Positions 9,456-20,647 of a stretch of DNA of 64,000 nucleotides are shown piece by piece. Source of the stretch: an uncultured Chloroflexia bacterium. GTDB taxonomy: Bacteria > Chloroflexota > Limnocylindria > Limnocylindrales > CSP1-4. How positions within the stretch are numbered: position 1 is the first letter of the stretch; every line of letters starts with the position of its first letter. The notes under the pieces were generated by a model. That model saw only the letters and a list, made by a program, of their open reading frames with translations. It had not been told where the DNA came from and made no database searches. Position numbers and translations under genes: made by a program. Where the stretch lies: positions 480,001 through 544,000 of the forward strand of contig OY970218.1 in assembly GCA_963713975.1 (NCBI GenBank), read 5' to 3'.

Positions 9456-10808
9456 TCAGACGACGACCAGCCGGTCCCTGCCGGCGTCCTTGGCCTCGTA
9501 CAGGGCACGATCCGCGAGCGCGACCAGGCCATCCGGCGTCTCGACGGTGTCGCGGAAGGTCGTGGCGCCCAGGCTCACGGTCACGCTCAGCCGGCTGTCG
9601 CCGTCCTGGACGGTCGTCTCGGACACGGCGCGCCGGATCCGCTCGCCGATCTGGATGACATCCTCCCGACCGGCCCCCGGCAGCAGGACGAGGAACTCCT
9701 CGCCGCCGTAGCGGACCAGGACGTCGCCCTCGCGGACGACCCGCCGGCAGGCACCGGCGACTGCCCGCAGGACGCGGTCGCCGACCAGGTGGCCATAGGT
9801 GTCGTTGACGGCCTTGAAGTGGTCGATGTCCACCATCAGGATGCCGAATGGCGCCTCCGCGCGGACGGCTCGCGAGTACTCCTCGCGCAGACGGCCCAGC
9901 CCGAAACGGCGGTTGTAGGCGTCGGTCAACGGGTCGATGGCAGCCAGGCGCTCGAGCCGGTCGTGGGCAAGCGCGTTGTTCACGGCGAGCCCGAGATCGA
10001 TCCGCAGGTGGTCCACCAGCTCGATGTCGTCACGCTCGAAGGCGGCCGAGGTCGCGAGGACGATCACGCCCAGGGGGATGCTCTTGAACGCGACCGGGAC
10101 GACCAGGATCTCCCGGGCCGCGACCCCCACCAGGACCGAGTCCACGACCAACTCCTCGGCACCGACCCGCAGACGCTCGATCTGGCCCAGCCGGATCACA
10201 CGTCGGACGTGGTCGTTGGCGGCCAGCGTCTCTGGCGTGCGGATGCCGTGGCTCGCCAGGGGGACGAGCTCGTCGTCGCGCACGACGAGCATGGCGCCCG
10301 CGTCCGAGGCGGTGTGCTGGAGCAGGCCGTCGAGCGCCGCCGAGCCCAGGCCCTCGAGCTCGAACTCCCGCGACAGGACGCCGCTGAAATCGTGCATCGC
10401 GGTCTCCACCGCGTGGCTCTTGGCAAGGGTGCGGATCAGGCTGTTGAAGGCCCCGGCCGTGGCGCCGGCCTCATCGTCGGAGTCGACCGCCAGCGCGCAG
10501 CGCTCAGGATCGCAGCCGGTCCAGTCCTGCGTGTACACGGCGGAGGCCAGCTGTGACTCGACGCTCGTCATCGCCGTGGCGAGCGCCCGGAAGCGGCGTC
10601 CGACCACGAGCCGGGCCAGGGCGAAGTTCATGGCTCCGACGGCGAGCCCTGCTGACAGGGTTGCCGCGTAGAACATCGGTGTCATCACCGAGGCGGCCGG
10701 CAGCCCGAGCAACAGGCAGAAGGGCGGGAAGACGAGGCCGATCACGAGACCGAACCCGGTCATCCAGATCGCCAGGTCGGTGAACACGCGGTTCGTGATG
10801 CGGGGCAC
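9456..10808 (-). CDS. membrane diguanylate cyclase (2TM-HAMP-like-GAF-GGDEF)
   Basis: DIDHFKAVNDTYGH, REGD I-site, RYGGEEF. Confidence 0.92.
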   Translation of the reverse strand: MPRITNRVFTDLAIWMTGFGLVIGLVFPPFCLLLGLPAASVMTPMFYAATLSAGLAVGAMNFALARLVVGRRFRALATAMTSVESQLASAVYTQDWTGCDPERCALAVDSDDEAGATAGAFNSLIRTLAKSHAVETAMHDFSGVLSREFELEGLGSAALDGLLQHTASDAGAMLVVRDDELVPLASHGIRTPETLAANDHVRRVIRLGQIERLRVGAEELVVDSVLVGVAAREILVVPVAFKSIPLGVIVLATSAAFERDDIELVDHLRIDLGLAVNNALAHDRLERLAAIDPLTDAYNRRFGLGRLREEYSRAVRAEAPFGILMVDIDHFKAVNDTYGHLVGDRVLRAVAGACRRVVREGDVLVRYGGEEFLVLLPGAGREDVIQIGERIRRAVSETTVQDGDSRLSVTVSLGATTFRDTVETPDGLVALADRALYEAKDAGRDRLVVV

Positions 10809-10952
10809 GGTGGTGGCTCCTACTGGTACTGAACGCTCAAGGGCAACGCTGACGGCTGCGCGGCGATGTCGCCATGAGGCGGAGGTCCGGTGGGGTCCGG
10901 TACGGTTGGCTACCCGAGTCGGGTCGGACGATCCCGGCGCGGACCCGGCCAG

Positions 10953-12218
10953 TCAGGCGGACGGCAGTCCCGGGACCTCGGCCTCGTGCGCGATCAGAGC
11001 AAACCGGCGCCAAAGGACGACCACGAGCAGCGCCGACCCGATGAACCCGAACCAGAACGGCGAGGTGATCCCGAACTCGCGCGCCAGCAGCCCGCCAATC
11101 GGCGTCCCGACCACGATCCCGGCGAACACGGCGACCGTGTAGACACCGGTCACCCGTCCGAGCATCGCGTCGGGCACGGCACGCTGGCGAACCACCGTGG
11201 ACGTCGTCCCCCAGACGAATGCGTGGGCCCCGAACACGACGAAGGTCGCGAGCGCCACGGTCGCCGACGTCGTCAGCGCCAGCACGAGGTGGGTCACGGT
11301 CTCGATCATGAGGCCGACGCGCATGATGTCGCCCAGCGCAAACCGCCGCTCCAGGCGCCCGTAGGACGCCGTCCCGATGATCCCGCCCAGGGCCATCGCC
11401 GTGGTCAGCAGACCGAACCCGACGTCGCTCATGCCCAGCCGCTCCTGCGCATAGAGGACGAGCACGGACCACGCCGCCCCGAACGTGACGTTGAATGCGA
11501 AGATCGTGAGGGCCAGGGTGCGCATGGGCGGATGGGCCATGAGCCAGCGCAGGCCGTCGGCCATGTCCTTCCGGAGGCCGGCGGGCGTCCGCTCGGGCTC
11601 GGGCCCGTCCCGCGGACGGAGGACGATCCGCGACACGAGCACGGCCCCCAGCAGGAAGCACACCGAGTCCACGGCAAACGGCAGCGCCATGCCGACGGCG
11701 AACAGGAACGCGCCGACGGGTGGCATCAGCAGCTGGTTGGTCAGCAGGAACGCTCCTTGGAGCCGCGCGTTCGCGACGCCCAGATCCTCTCGCCGCACCA
11801 GGCGCGGGAGCAGGCTGCCGGTGCCCACGTCCGCGAAGGTCTCCGCTGTTCCCAGGACGAACAGCGACAGCAGGACCACCGCGATGCTCACCGAGCCGCT
11901 CACGATGGTCGCGGCGAGGACGGCCAGAACCGCGGCCCGGACCAGGTTGACCCCGGCCACGATCCGGCGGCGGTCATGGCGGTCGGCGATCGCACCCGCC
12001 GGAACCCCGAACAGCAGCTGGGGCAGGACTTGGGCCATGAGCGCCATCGAGACCAGGAGGGGGTCGCGGGTCTGCGATGCCACCAGCAGCGGCCCGGCGG
12101 CGAGCGCCACGCCATCGCCGACGTTGGTGATGACGGACGAGGCAAGGAGCCAGCGGAAGCTGCGGCCCAGCCGCGCGGGGGCAATGGTCTCGACGACGGG
12201 CGTCAGCGGGGAGGGCAC
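10953..12218 (-). CDS. MFS transporter
   Basis: About 12 TM; GAIADRHDRRR motif A; start approximate (GTG 12218). Confidence 0.88.
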   Translation of the reverse strand: MPSPLTPVVETIAPARLGRSFRWLLASSVITNVGDGVALAAGPLLVASQTRDPLLVSMALMAQVLPQLLFGVPAGAIADRHDRRRIVAGVNLVRAAVLAVLAATIVSGSVSIAVVLLSLFVLGTAETFADVGTGSLLPRLVRREDLGVANARLQGAFLLTNQLLMPPVGAFLFAVGMALPFAVDSVCFLLGAVLVSRIVLRPRDGPEPERTPAGLRKDMADGLRWLMAHPPMRTLALTIFAFNVTFGAAWSVLVLYAQERLGMSDVGFGLLTTAMALGGIIGTASYGRLERRFALGDIMRVGLMIETVTHLVLALTTSATVALATFVVFGAHAFVWGTTSTVVRQRAVPDAMLGRVTGVYTVAVFAGIVVGTPIGGLLAREFGITSPFWFGFIGSALLVVVLWRRFALIAHEAEVPGLPSA

Positions 12219-12256
12219 GCGGCGCAGGATAGCCGCCCCGGTGTCAGGAGTGACAA

Positions 12257-13009
12257 TCAGCGGGCCGCGACGGTGCCCTCGTGGAGCGTCACGATGCCGC
12301 CGGTCAGGCCCTGCCAGGTCACGTCCACGAGGCCCGCCTCGCCCATGATCTCCGCGATGCGCTCCGGCGCCGGGTAGGCCTGCACGCTCCGGACGAGGTA
12401 GCCGTAGGCAGCCCCCTGGCCGGCGATCCTGCCGATGATCGGGACGATCCGGTCGAACCACCAGCGCATGAAGCGGGCCAGCCTGGACCGCGGTCGCGCG
12501 ATCTCGAGGCACAGGACCCTGCCGCCGGGCCGGACGGATCGCGCCATCTCCGCAAACCCCTGCCGGTAGTCGGGCAGGTTGCGCATGCCGAAGGCGATCG
12601 TCGCGGCGTCGAAGGTGCCGTCCTCGGTCGGCAGGCTGAGCGCGTCGCCGACCACGTAGTCCAGCCCGGCCCGGCCCGCGAACCGCTGCTGCGCCACCGC
12701 GGTCATCCCCGGCGAGAGGTCCACGCCCAGCACCCGGCCGAACGGCTGCACCCGCTGGTGCAGGTCGGCCGCCACCTTGCCGGTCCCGGAGGCGACGTCC
12801 AGCGCGGCGCCACCTGGCTGCAGACGCGCGTGCGCGACCAGCCGCCTGCGCCAGCGCGGCTCCTGGAACGCGGAGATCAGGAGGTTCATCAGGTCGTAGC
12901 GGCCTGCGATCCGGTCGAACATGACCTGGACCTCCGGGGACGCGGCCGCGTTGCCGCCTCCGGTCGAGGCGCCGGACGGCGTGTGGTCGGGCGGGAGCAG
13001 GGCAGTCAT
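12257..13009 (-). CDS. menG: demethylmenaquinone methyltransferase
   Basis: MFDRIAGRYDLMN, LDVASGTG, IAFGMRN; last gene of the men operon. Confidence 0.93.
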   Translation of the reverse strand: MTALLPPDHTPSGASTGGGNAAASPEVQVMFDRIAGRYDLMNLLISAFQEPRWRRRLVAHARLQPGGAALDVASGTGKVAADLHQRVQPFGRVLGVDLSPGMTAVAQQRFAGRAGLDYVVGDALSLPTEDGTFDAATIAFGMRNLPDYRQGFAEMARSVRPGGRVLCLEIARPRSRLARFMRWWFDRIVPIIGRIAGQGAAYGYLVRSVQAYPAPERIAEIMGEAGLVDVTWQGLTGGIVTLHEGTVAAR

Positions 13010-15213
13010 GCGGGGAGCTCCAGGGAGGATCGGACGGCGGTGGCCACGACGCCGGGCTGGGTGATGGGGGCTGGATGGGCGAGGCCCTCGAGGGTATCCC
13101 GGCGGGCCCCCGCGATGCGTGCGGCGAGGGCGTCGGCGATAGGCGCGTAGAACGGCTCGCTGGCGCCGGCGGTGAGGATCGCGACACGGGCCCGGATCCG
13201 GACCAGTCCGGCGGGGTCGAGACCGGCCATGCCGGCGTCCGCGAGGGCGCTGTCACCCTCACGTTCGAGGAAGGCCCGGGCTCGCGGCGAGAGACGGTCC
13301 CAGCCCGCGTCACCGGCGACGGCCCGCAGGAACGTCTCTGCAGCAGCGGGCGCTCCCCCATCCCGGTGGGCCCGCATCACGGCGGCAGCCAGGTCCCGGA
13401 AGCCCGCGAGCGCGCCGGGATCCGCGAGCGGCGCGTACGGCGGCTCGTACGCGACGACGGCCGTGACCCGGTCCGGGTGGCGCGCGGCGAGCTCCAGCCC
13501 AAGCACCCCTCCGAAGCTCACGCCGACGATCGCCGACCTCTCGATCCCCCGCGCGTCGAGGTAGGCGATGGCGTCCTCGACGTGGACGGCGATGTCCAGC
13601 GGACGAGGTCGGGCGAGGCGGCTCGAACCGCTGCCGCGGCGATCGAGGGCGTGGACGGTGACGTCCCCCGGCGCCACCATGGCGGCCGCCAGACGATCGA
13701 GCTGGCCCGCGGTGGAGAGGGTGCCGTGGAGGAGGAGGACCTGGATCGGACCCGAGCCGGTGACCCGCCAGCCGATGGCGTCGCCGTCGGGCCTGGCCAG
13801 CTCGCCCGCGGCCCCGCCGGCGACCAGAGCGCGGACCGCCTCGCGGCGGAGCTTGCCGCCCGGGGTCCGGGGCAGGGCACCGAGGCGGATGTATGCGGCG
13901 GGGACCTTGTACCCGGCGAGGGACATCCTCGCGTGAGTCGCGAGGGCACCATCACCGGGATCCCGCGCCCCGGGGGCAAGGACGACGGCGGCGACCGGGA
14001 CCTGGCCCCAGGTGGCGTCGGGCCGGGCGACGGCCGCGGCCTCCGCGACGGCAGGATGCTCCTCCAGGACGGCCTCGATCTCGGCCGGGCTGACGTTCTC
14101 CCCGCCTCGCACGATCCTGTCGATGCGGCGATCCACGACGTACAACCGGCCGTCGGCATCGAGACGACCGAGATCGCCGGTCCGGATGGGGTCGTCGGCC
14201 GATGCAGGGGCGCTGGCGTCACCAACGTAGCCCGAGAAGCGGGACGTGGCCTGCACGATGATCTCGCCCACCCCGTCAGATCCCTCGTCGGCGATCGCGA
14301 GATGCACCCCGGGGAGCGGCGCGCCGGCCGAGGCGGGCTGGTCCCAGGCATCCTCCGTGGCGAGCGCCGTGGCACCGGACGCGGTCTCCGACAGGCCGTA
14401 CGTGGGCACGACCGGCCATCCCGCCCTGAGTGCCCGGGTGACCAGCGCGGGCGGGATGGGGCCGCCGCCGAGCAGGACGGCCCCGAGCGTCATCGGGGGC
14501 GGCTCGGCAGGCGCGGCATCGAGCACGCGGGCCAGCTGCGCCGGCACCACCGAGACATGGCTCACGGTCGGCACCCCGCCGCGGATCGCCGCGAGCAGCG
14601 CGTCGGGGTCGTGCGGCGGCAGGATCCGGACGGGGACGCGTTGGCGGATCGCACGCCACAGCACGCCGAGGCCGGCGACGTGCGCCAGGCCCAGCGGCAG
14701 CGCCCAGCCGGTCGCCCGGGGCAGTGCCGCGAGCCACGCGTCGGCACTCGAGGAGAGCGCCCTCGCGGACAGCACGACGCCCCTGGGCCGGCCCGTTGTG
14801 CCGGAAGTGAGCACGATCGCGGCCGGGTCCTCGGGATCACGTTCGGCCAGTGAGGAAGACGGGACCGGCGTGTCCGCGGCGGCGATCCCGGCCAGGCGCA
14901 GCACGAGCGCCGGTTCCAGGAGCTCGAGCGCTGTCGCGGTCTCGCGCGCCGTCAGGCCGGCAGGGACGGGCGTCGCCACGGCTCCCGCCCGCAGGATGCC
15001 CAGCAGGGCAGCGGCATCGCGACCGCTCGACGGGCCGATGAGCGCGACCCGGTCACCGCGTCCGACGCCAGCCCCGGCGAGCGACGCCGCGACCGACGAG
15101 GCGAGCCCGTCCAGCTCGGACCAGGTCAGGACAACGCTGCCGTCGAGGATCGCCGGCTCGTCGCCGTGATCGCGGGCGTGGTCGGCCACCAGCCGGTCCG
15201 GCGACCATGTCAT
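13006..15213 (-). CDS. menE: o-succinylbenzoate-CoA ligase MenE fused to a C-terminal alpha/beta hydrolase
   Basis: TSGTTGRPRG, YGLSET, RTGDLG, GGENVSPAEIE, LPRTPGGKL, then LLHG..DRRGSG..GVSFGG..H hydrolase domain (about 13006-13810). Confidence 0.88.
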   Translation of the reverse strand: MTWSPDRLVADHARDHGDEPAILDGSVVLTWSELDGLASSVAASLAGAGVGRGDRVALIGPSSGRDAAALLGILRAGAVATPVPAGLTARETATALELLEPALVLRLAGIAAADTPVPSSSLAERDPEDPAAIVLTSGTTGRPRGVVLSARALSSSADAWLAALPRATGWALPLGLAHVAGLGVLWRAIRQRVPVRILPPHDPDALLAAIRGGVPTVSHVSVVPAQLARVLDAAPAEPPPMTLGAVLLGGGPIPPALVTRALRAGWPVVPTYGLSETASGATALATEDAWDQPASAGAPLPGVHLAIADEGSDGVGEIIVQATSRFSGYVGDASAPASADDPIRTGDLGRLDADGRLYVVDRRIDRIVRGGENVSPAEIEAVLEEHPAVAEAAAVARPDATWGQVPVAAVVLAPGARDPGDGALATHARMSLAGYKVPAAYIRLGALPRTPGGKLRREAVRALVAGGAAGELARPDGDAIGWRVTGSGPIQVLLLHGTLSTAGQLDRLAAAMVAPGDVTVHALDRRGSGSSRLARPRPLDIAVHVEDAIAYLDARGIERSAIVGVSFGGVLGLELAARHPDRVTAVVAYEPPYAPLADPGALAGFRDLAAAVMRAHRDGGAPAAAETFLRAVAGDAGWDRLSPRARAFLEREGDSALADAGMAGLDPAGLVRIRARVAILTAGASEPFYAPIADALAARIAGARRDTLEGLAHPAPITQPGVVATAVRSSLELPA

Positions 15214-16292
15214 CGGCCCATGCGCCGGTAGCGCTCCACCGCCGCCATGTCGACCGTCACGCCCATCCGGCCCGTCCCGCGACCACCCGGTGCGCGCATC
15301 CGCCCGCCGTCGATGAGGAACGGCCGGACGATCAGGTCATCCTCGAGCAGGTCGGCCGTGGCCAGCCCGTGGTCGCGCTCGCCGGCGGGCCACCCGTCCA
15401 CGTCCGGGAGCGCCGCCGCGCAGGCGAGGCCCGCGGCAAGACCGATCCCCGTCTCGAACATGGAGCTGATCACCACGGGCACCCCATGATCCGCCGCGAG
15501 CCGCGCGATCTCCGCCACCGCCACCGGCCCGCCGACGCGCCCGGGCTTCACGACCAGCACGTCCGCCGCGCCGGCATCGAGCACCACGCGGGCCGCGGCA
15601 ACGGACGACACCGCCTCGTCGGCCGCCACCGGCGTTCCCACGCGGGCCCTGAGCCTGGCCATCTCCTCGACGGATCCCGGCGGCAGCGGCTGCTCGACGT
15701 ACTGCAGGCCGATCCCCGCCATCGCGCGCAGCCGCCGGGTCGCGGTCCGCAGGTCCCACGTCCCGTTGACGTCGAGACGGAGCGCCACGTCCTCCGGGAT
15801 CGATCCCCGGATTGCGCCCAGCCGCGCCAGCAGCGCCGCGGTGCCGTCCCGTGGCGCCGCCTTGAGCTTGAGCGTGCCGTACCCGGCCGCGACCGCCTGG
15901 ACCGCCGCCTCCACAGCGGCCTCGGGGTCCCCGGCACCGATCGTCGCGTTCACTCCGACCGTCCTGCGGGCCGACGGTTCCCCAGGGCGCCTGGCCGACA
16001 TGTCCTGCCGCGCCGCGTCCAGCGCGGCCCTGAACGCGAGACCCGCAGCCCCGGCCCGGTCAATCAGGGCCGAAGACGGCGGAAGCCCCGACGCGACGAC
16101 ATCGGTCAGCAGCGCCTCGAGAACCGGTGCATCGGCCGGATCGTCGAGGACCGCCTCGCCCCAGCCGGTGCGCCCACGGGCATTCTCCAGCCGGAGCAGC
16201 CAGGACTGTCGTGCGGACCACCTCCCCGCTGCCGTGGCGAACGGGACGCGGAACGGGACGCGGACACGGTGGATGCGCATCGAGGCGGTCAT
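15210..16292 (-). CDS. menC: o-succinylbenzoate synthase
   Basis: Enolase superfamily KLK, RLDVNG, EQP, ADE, VVKP; operon context. Confidence 0.88.
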   Translation of the reverse strand: MTASMRIHRVRVPFRVPFATAAGRWSARQSWLLRLENARGRTGWGEAVLDDPADAPVLEALLTDVVASGLPPSSALIDRAGAAGLAFRAALDAARQDMSARRPGEPSARRTVGVNATIGAGDPEAAVEAAVQAVAAGYGTLKLKAAPRDGTAALLARLGAIRGSIPEDVALRLDVNGTWDLRTATRRLRAMAGIGLQYVEQPLPPGSVEEMARLRARVGTPVAADEAVSSVAAARVVLDAGAADVLVVKPGRVGGPVAVAEIARLAADHGVPVVISSMFETGIGLAAGLACAAALPDVDGWPAGERDHGLATADLLEDDLIVRPFLIDGGRMRAPGGRGTGRMGVTVDMAAVERYRRMGR

Positions 16293-17251
16293 CACGCCTG
16301 AGCCCCCAGCGAGAGCCCGCTCAGCGCCAGGCCCAGGGCAAACAGCAGGGCAAATGCGAGCGAGAGCCGCGCCGTCCCCTTGAGGACTAGATTGAGCTCC
16401 CGCGGCTCCTCGAACCCCCGGACGCGGGACAGCAGCGGGCTCGCCATCGGCAGCGTCAGCATCGGCAGCAGGACGAACGGCAGCAGCGGGGCGTCGCCGC
16501 CCGTGGGTGACCAGCCCGCGAGCCAGGCGAGCACCAGCAGCGGCGGCACCACGTAGGCCACCCCGAGCAGGGACCCGAACTCGGCCTGCGTCGCCCGCTT
16601 GCCCATGACCACCGCGAGCGTCCGTTTGCCGGCTGTGGTGTCGGTGGGGATGTCGCGCAGGTTGTTGACGACCAGGATCGCCGTGATCAGGACGCCGGGG
16701 GGAACCGCTGCCACCACGAACAGTGCATCGAGCTCCAGGGCCTGGAGGTATGCGGTCCCAGCCACCGCAACCAGGCCGAAGAAGATGAACACGAACACCT
16801 CGCCCAGCGCGCGATAGCCGTACGGAAACGGACCGCCGGTGTACGCGAGGGCGGCCACGATTGCCAGCGCCCCCAGCAGCAGGAGGACGATGCCGCCCAC
16901 GTAGACGAGCCACAGGCCCACGAGGGCGGCGAGGCCGATCGTGATGACGATGGCGGCCTCGAGCTGGCGCTCGGTCACGAGGCCGGAGGCCGCCACGCGC
17001 ACCGGCCCTTGGCGATCGGGTGTGTCGGCGCCGCGCCGGTGGTCGGACAGGTCGTTCGCGAAGTTCGCCACCACCTGGAGCAGCAGCGCCACGAGCACGC
17101 AGCCCAGGGCGGTGTCCACCCTGAACGGCGCGCCGGTGGCCAGGGCGGCACCAAGGCCGACCACGACGCCCGCGACGGCGGCCGGCAGCGTGTGGGGACG
17201 AGCGGCCTGGACCCAGATCGAACGCGTCGAGGGCCGCTCCGGGGCCGTCAT
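16292..17251 (-). CDS. menA: DHNA prenyltransferase
   Basis: ARPHTL, NFANDLSDHRRGAD, NNLRDIPTD...GKRTL. Confidence 0.93.
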   Translation of the reverse strand: MTAPERPSTRSIWVQAARPHTLPAAVAGVVVGLGAALATGAPFRVDTALGCVLVALLLQVVANFANDLSDHRRGADTPDRQGPVRVAASGLVTERQLEAAIVITIGLAALVGLWLVYVGGIVLLLLGALAIVAALAYTGGPFPYGYRALGEVFVFIFFGLVAVAGTAYLQALELDALFVVAAVPPGVLITAILVVNNLRDIPTDTTAGKRTLAVVMGKRATQAEFGSLLGVAYVVPPLLVLAWLAGWSPTGGDAPLLPFVLLPMLTLPMASPLLSRVRGFEEPRELNLVLKGTARLSLAFALLFALGLALSGLSLGAQA

Positions 17252-18081
17252 CACGGGCGCCGCGGGTACTTGCGGTAGTCGGCCGGGCGCTTCTCGAGGA
17301 ACGCACGCGAGCCCTCGTGCGCCTCGTCGGTCGTGTAGTACAGGCCGGTCGCGTTGCCCGCGAACTCCTGGAGCCCGGCCAGCCCGTCGGTGGCGACGAG
17401 GAACGCCGACTTGAGGAACCGGATCGCCGTAGGGCTCATGTCCAGGATCTCGTCGGCCCACTGCACGCCCTCGGCCTCGAGGTCGGCAAGCGGCACGACC
17501 TTGTTCACGAGGTTCATCGCCAGCGCCTCCGCGCCGGTGTACTGGCGGCACAGGAACCAGATCTCCTTGGCCTTCTTGTCGCCCACGAGCCGCGCGAGCA
17601 GCCCTACGCCGAACCCCGCGTCGAAGCTGCCGACCCTGGGCCCCACCTGGCCGAAGACCGCGTTGTCGCTGGCGATCGACATGTCGCACACGATGTGGAG
17701 CACGTGGCCGCCACCGATCGCGTACCCGTTGACGAGGGCGATGACCGGGATCGGCAGGGAGCGGATCTGGCGCTGGAGGTCAAGGACGTTGAGGCGGGCG
17801 ACGCCGTCCGTGTCGAGGTAGCCGCCCTCGTGGCTCTTGTACTTCTGGTCGCCGCCCGAGCAGAAGGCCTTGTCCCCCTCGCCGGTCAGCAGGACACAGC
17901 CGACCGAGGCGTCGTCGCGGATGCGCGCGAAGGCGTCGATCAGCTCGCGCACCGTCTGCGGCCGGAAGGCATTGCGGACCTCGGGGCGGTTGATCGTGAC
18001 CTTCGCGATCCCGGTGCCCGAGTGCTCGTAGCGGATGTCCCGGTACTCGACGACGGGTGTCCAGGCGACGGGCGTTGTCAT
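17251..18081 (-). CDS. menB: 1,4-dihydroxy-2-naphthoyl-CoA synthase
   Basis: [35 protein letters not shown]. Confidence 0.97.
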   Translation of the reverse strand: MTTPVAWTPVVEYRDIRYEHSGTGIAKVTINRPEVRNAFRPQTVRELIDAFARIRDDASVGCVLLTGEGDKAFCSGGDQKYKSHEGGYLDTDGVARLNVLDLQRQIRSLPIPVIALVNGYAIGGGHVLHIVCDMSIASDNAVFGQVGPRVGSFDAGFGVGLLARLVGDKKAKEIWFLCRQYTGAEALAMNLVNKVVPLADLEAEGVQWADEILDMSPTAIRFLKSAFLVATDGLAGLQEFAGNATGLYYTTDEAHEGSRAFLEKRPADYRKYPRRP

Positions 18082-18896
18082 GCGGCGGGAACCTCCTGCA
18101 GGAAGTCGAGGGCGAGGCGGCGGAAGGCAGCGGGCTGCTCGAGGTGGGGGGTGTGGCCGGCCAGGTCGATGACCTCCAGGCGGGCGACCGGAATGCCGCG
18201 GGCGACCTGCTCCGCACGGGACCGGCCGACGGCATCGATGGCGCCGGCGACGACGAGGGTGGGGGCCGTGACCTCGGCGAGGCGGTCGTGGAGCGGCTCC
18301 ATAGAACCCTGGCCGGCACCCCGGAGGCTGGCGGCGAGACCGGCGGGCTGGTTGGCGAGCCGGATCGCGCGCTGGCGTGCCGCGGCGGCCGGGGCGAGCG
18401 AGGCCTGGCTGGCGAACACGGGCTGGCGCTCCCAGCGATCGACGAAGGCCTCGATGCCGTCCCGCTCGATGGTCGTGGCGAGGTCCTCGTCCGCGGCGCG
18501 ACGGGCAGCACGTTCCGCGTCGGTCGGCAGGCCCGCGGACGGGCTCTCGAGCACGAGGCGATGGACGGCTTCGGGGTGGGCGACGGCCATCCGGAGGGCG
18601 ATGCGGGCGCCCAGCGAGTAGCCCAGCACGCTCGCGGGCAGCGCCGATGCCCGGGCCAGGATCTCGGCCAGGTCGTCCGCGGTGCGCTCCACCGTCATCT
18701 GGTCCGGGCCTCCTGCCCCGCTGCGGCCGTGGCCCGGGAGATCCACCGTGACGAGGCGGAAGCTCCGAGCGAAGGCGCGCGCGTGGGATCCCCACGACGT
18801 CCCCCGGCCGGTGAACCCGTGGAGCAGCAGGAGTGGCCGGCCAGCGCCGCGGACGCGCACCTCCCAGCGCAGGCCGTCGATCGCGATGTCGTTCAC
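18078..18896 (-). CDS. menH: SHCHC synthase
   Basis: LHGFTG, DLPGHG, GYSLGAR, AGHTPH; lies between menD and menB. Confidence 0.9.
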   Translation of the reverse strand: MNDIAIDGLRWEVRVRGAGRPLLLLHGFTGRGTSWGSHARAFARSFRLVTVDLPGHGRSGAGGPDQMTVERTADDLAEILARASALPASVLGYSLGARIALRMAVAHPEAVHRLVLESPSAGLPTDAERAARRAADEDLATTIERDGIEAFVDRWERQPVFASQASLAPAAAARQRAIRLANQPAGLAASLRGAGQGSMEPLHDRLAEVTAPTLVVAGAIDAVGRSRAEQVARGIPVARLEVIDLAGHTPHLEQPAAFRRLALDFLQEVPAA

Positions 18897-20647
18897 GACA
18901 CCAGGCCCGCGAGCACGGCCGCAACCGCCGCGGAGACGTCCCGGTGAAGCTCCAGGTTCCGGGCGCGATCGGTCTGGAGCTCGAGCACGCGGACGCCGGG
19001 TCGGCCGATGGAATCCCGGATCGCGGCGTCGAGGTCTGCCGCGCCCACGACGCGGTGCTCGCCGCCGAGCGCCCTGACGATCGGCCCGCCGTCGATGCCG
19101 TGCGGCGTCCCGAACAGCTCCTCGTAGTGCTCCGGGAGGCCCGTGCCGGGCACGGCGGCCCCAGGTTGCGCCTGGGGCAGGAACGAGAAGATGCCGCCGC
19201 CGTCGTTGTTGACCAGCACGATCGTCGCCGAGAGGCCGTGGAGGCGGGCGGCAACGAGCGCGTTGAGGTCGTGGAGGAACGAGATGTCGCCCACGACCAG
19301 GGCCACCGGGCCTCCCGAGACGGCGGCGGAGCCGAGCGCGGTCGACACCACGCCGTCGATCCCGTTGGCGCCCCGGTTGGAGTGGACGGCAATCGCGCGA
19401 TCCGTGGATGGCAGCCATGCGTCGAGGTCGCGGACCGGCATGGAGCTCCCGGCCCACAGGACGCTCCGGTCCGGGAGGGCGTCGGCCAGGATGGGCCATG
19501 GCGAGCCCTCGAACGGCTCATCGAAGGCGGCGAGCCAGGCCGTCATCGCCGCGTCGGCGGCCCGATCTGCGGCGAGCCAGTCGTCTGTCCAGCCGGGCTC
19601 CGTCCGGCCGGTGGTGCTCGCGGCGGCAAGCCGGGCAGCGGTGTCGGCCGGATCCGCGTGGATGAAGGTCGCGGGCACCAGCGCGGCCTCGCGCCAGCCG
19701 GCATCCCCGTCCAGGATCACGAGCTCCGGCCGGACCCGCGCCAGCAGCTCCAGGACCGGCTTGGAGGTGGGCATGGCGCCCGTCCGCAGGACGAGCTCCG
19801 GTAGGTGCCCGTCGAGCCAGGCGCCCGGGCGGGCGAGCTGGTCGCCGCGCACGATGACGCGCGACCGATCGTGGCGACCGGTCCGCAGGCCCGACAGCGG
19901 GTCGGCGAGGATCGGGAAGCCGGTCACGCGCGCAAGGTCCGCCAGGGCCGCGGGGAGCGCCGGGTCGTCGTCGGGACCGGCGATGATCAGCCCGCGCGCC
20001 ACCGACGCCAGGCGCATCGCCAGCGCGTCGAGCGCCTCGTCGTCCAGCGTCCTGCGTCCCGCGACCACCTCCGCGAACGGGCGCGCGGGCGCGGGACCGT
20101 CCGGCGGGAGCGATGCGTCGGGCAGGAGCGGCTCGCGGAAGGGCAGGTTCACGTGCACGGGACCGGCCGGCCCCGCGCTCGCCACGGCCACCGCCCGCCC
20201 GGCGACCCACCGCCAGTGCGCGAGCGTCCGCGGATCCTCGTCGAGCAGCGGCAGCTCCGTGTACCACTTCGCGGAGCGTCCGTAGAGGTGGTCCTGGTCG
20301 ATCGTCTGGGGTGCGCCGCGGTCGCGCAGCTCCGTCGGCCGGTCCGCCGTCAGCACCACGAGCGGGACGCGGGAGAGCGACGCCTCGACGACCGCCGGTG
20401 CGAACTCCACCACGGCCGTCCCCGACGTCGCCAGGAGCACGACCGGCCGGCGCGACGTCCGGGCCATCCCCAGCGCGAAGAACCCCGCGGCGCGCTCGTC
20501 GTACAGCACCCGGACGCGGATCCGGTCCGAGGCCCGCAACGCGAGGGCGATCGGCGTGGAGCGGGACCCCGGGCAGACCACCGCTTCGCGGATGCCCGCC
20601 GCCTCAAGCTCCTCGACGAACGCCCGCAGCCCGGCCGCGCTGGTCAC
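18893..20647 (-). CDS. menD: SEPHCHC synthase
   Basis: [44 protein letters not shown]. Confidence 0.96.
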   Translation of the reverse strand: MTSAAGLRAFVEELEAAGIREAVVCPGSRSTPIALALRASDRIRVRVLYDERAAGFFALGMARTSRRPVVLLATSGTAVVEFAPAVVEASLSRVPLVVLTADRPTELRDRGAPQTIDQDHLYGRSAKWYTELPLLDEDPRTLAHWRWVAGRAVAVASAGPAGPVHVNLPFREPLLPDASLPPDGPAPARPFAEVVAGRRTLDDEALDALAMRLASVARGLIIAGPDDDPALPAALADLARVTGFPILADPLSGLRTGRHDRSRVIVRGDQLARPGAWLDGHLPELVLRTGAMPTSKPVLELLARVRPELVILDGDAGWREAALVPATFIHADPADTAARLAAASTTGRTEPGWTDDWLAADRAADAAMTAWLAAFDEPFEGSPWPILADALPDRSVLWAGSSMPVRDLDAWLPSTDRAIAVHSNRGANGIDGVVSTALGSAAVSGGPVALVVGDISFLHDLNALVAARLHGLSATIVLVNNDGGGIFSFLPQAQPGAAVPGTGLPEHYEELFGTPHGIDGGPIVRALGGEHRVVGAADLDAAIRDSIGRPGVRVLELQTDRARNLELHRDVSAAVAAVLAGLVS

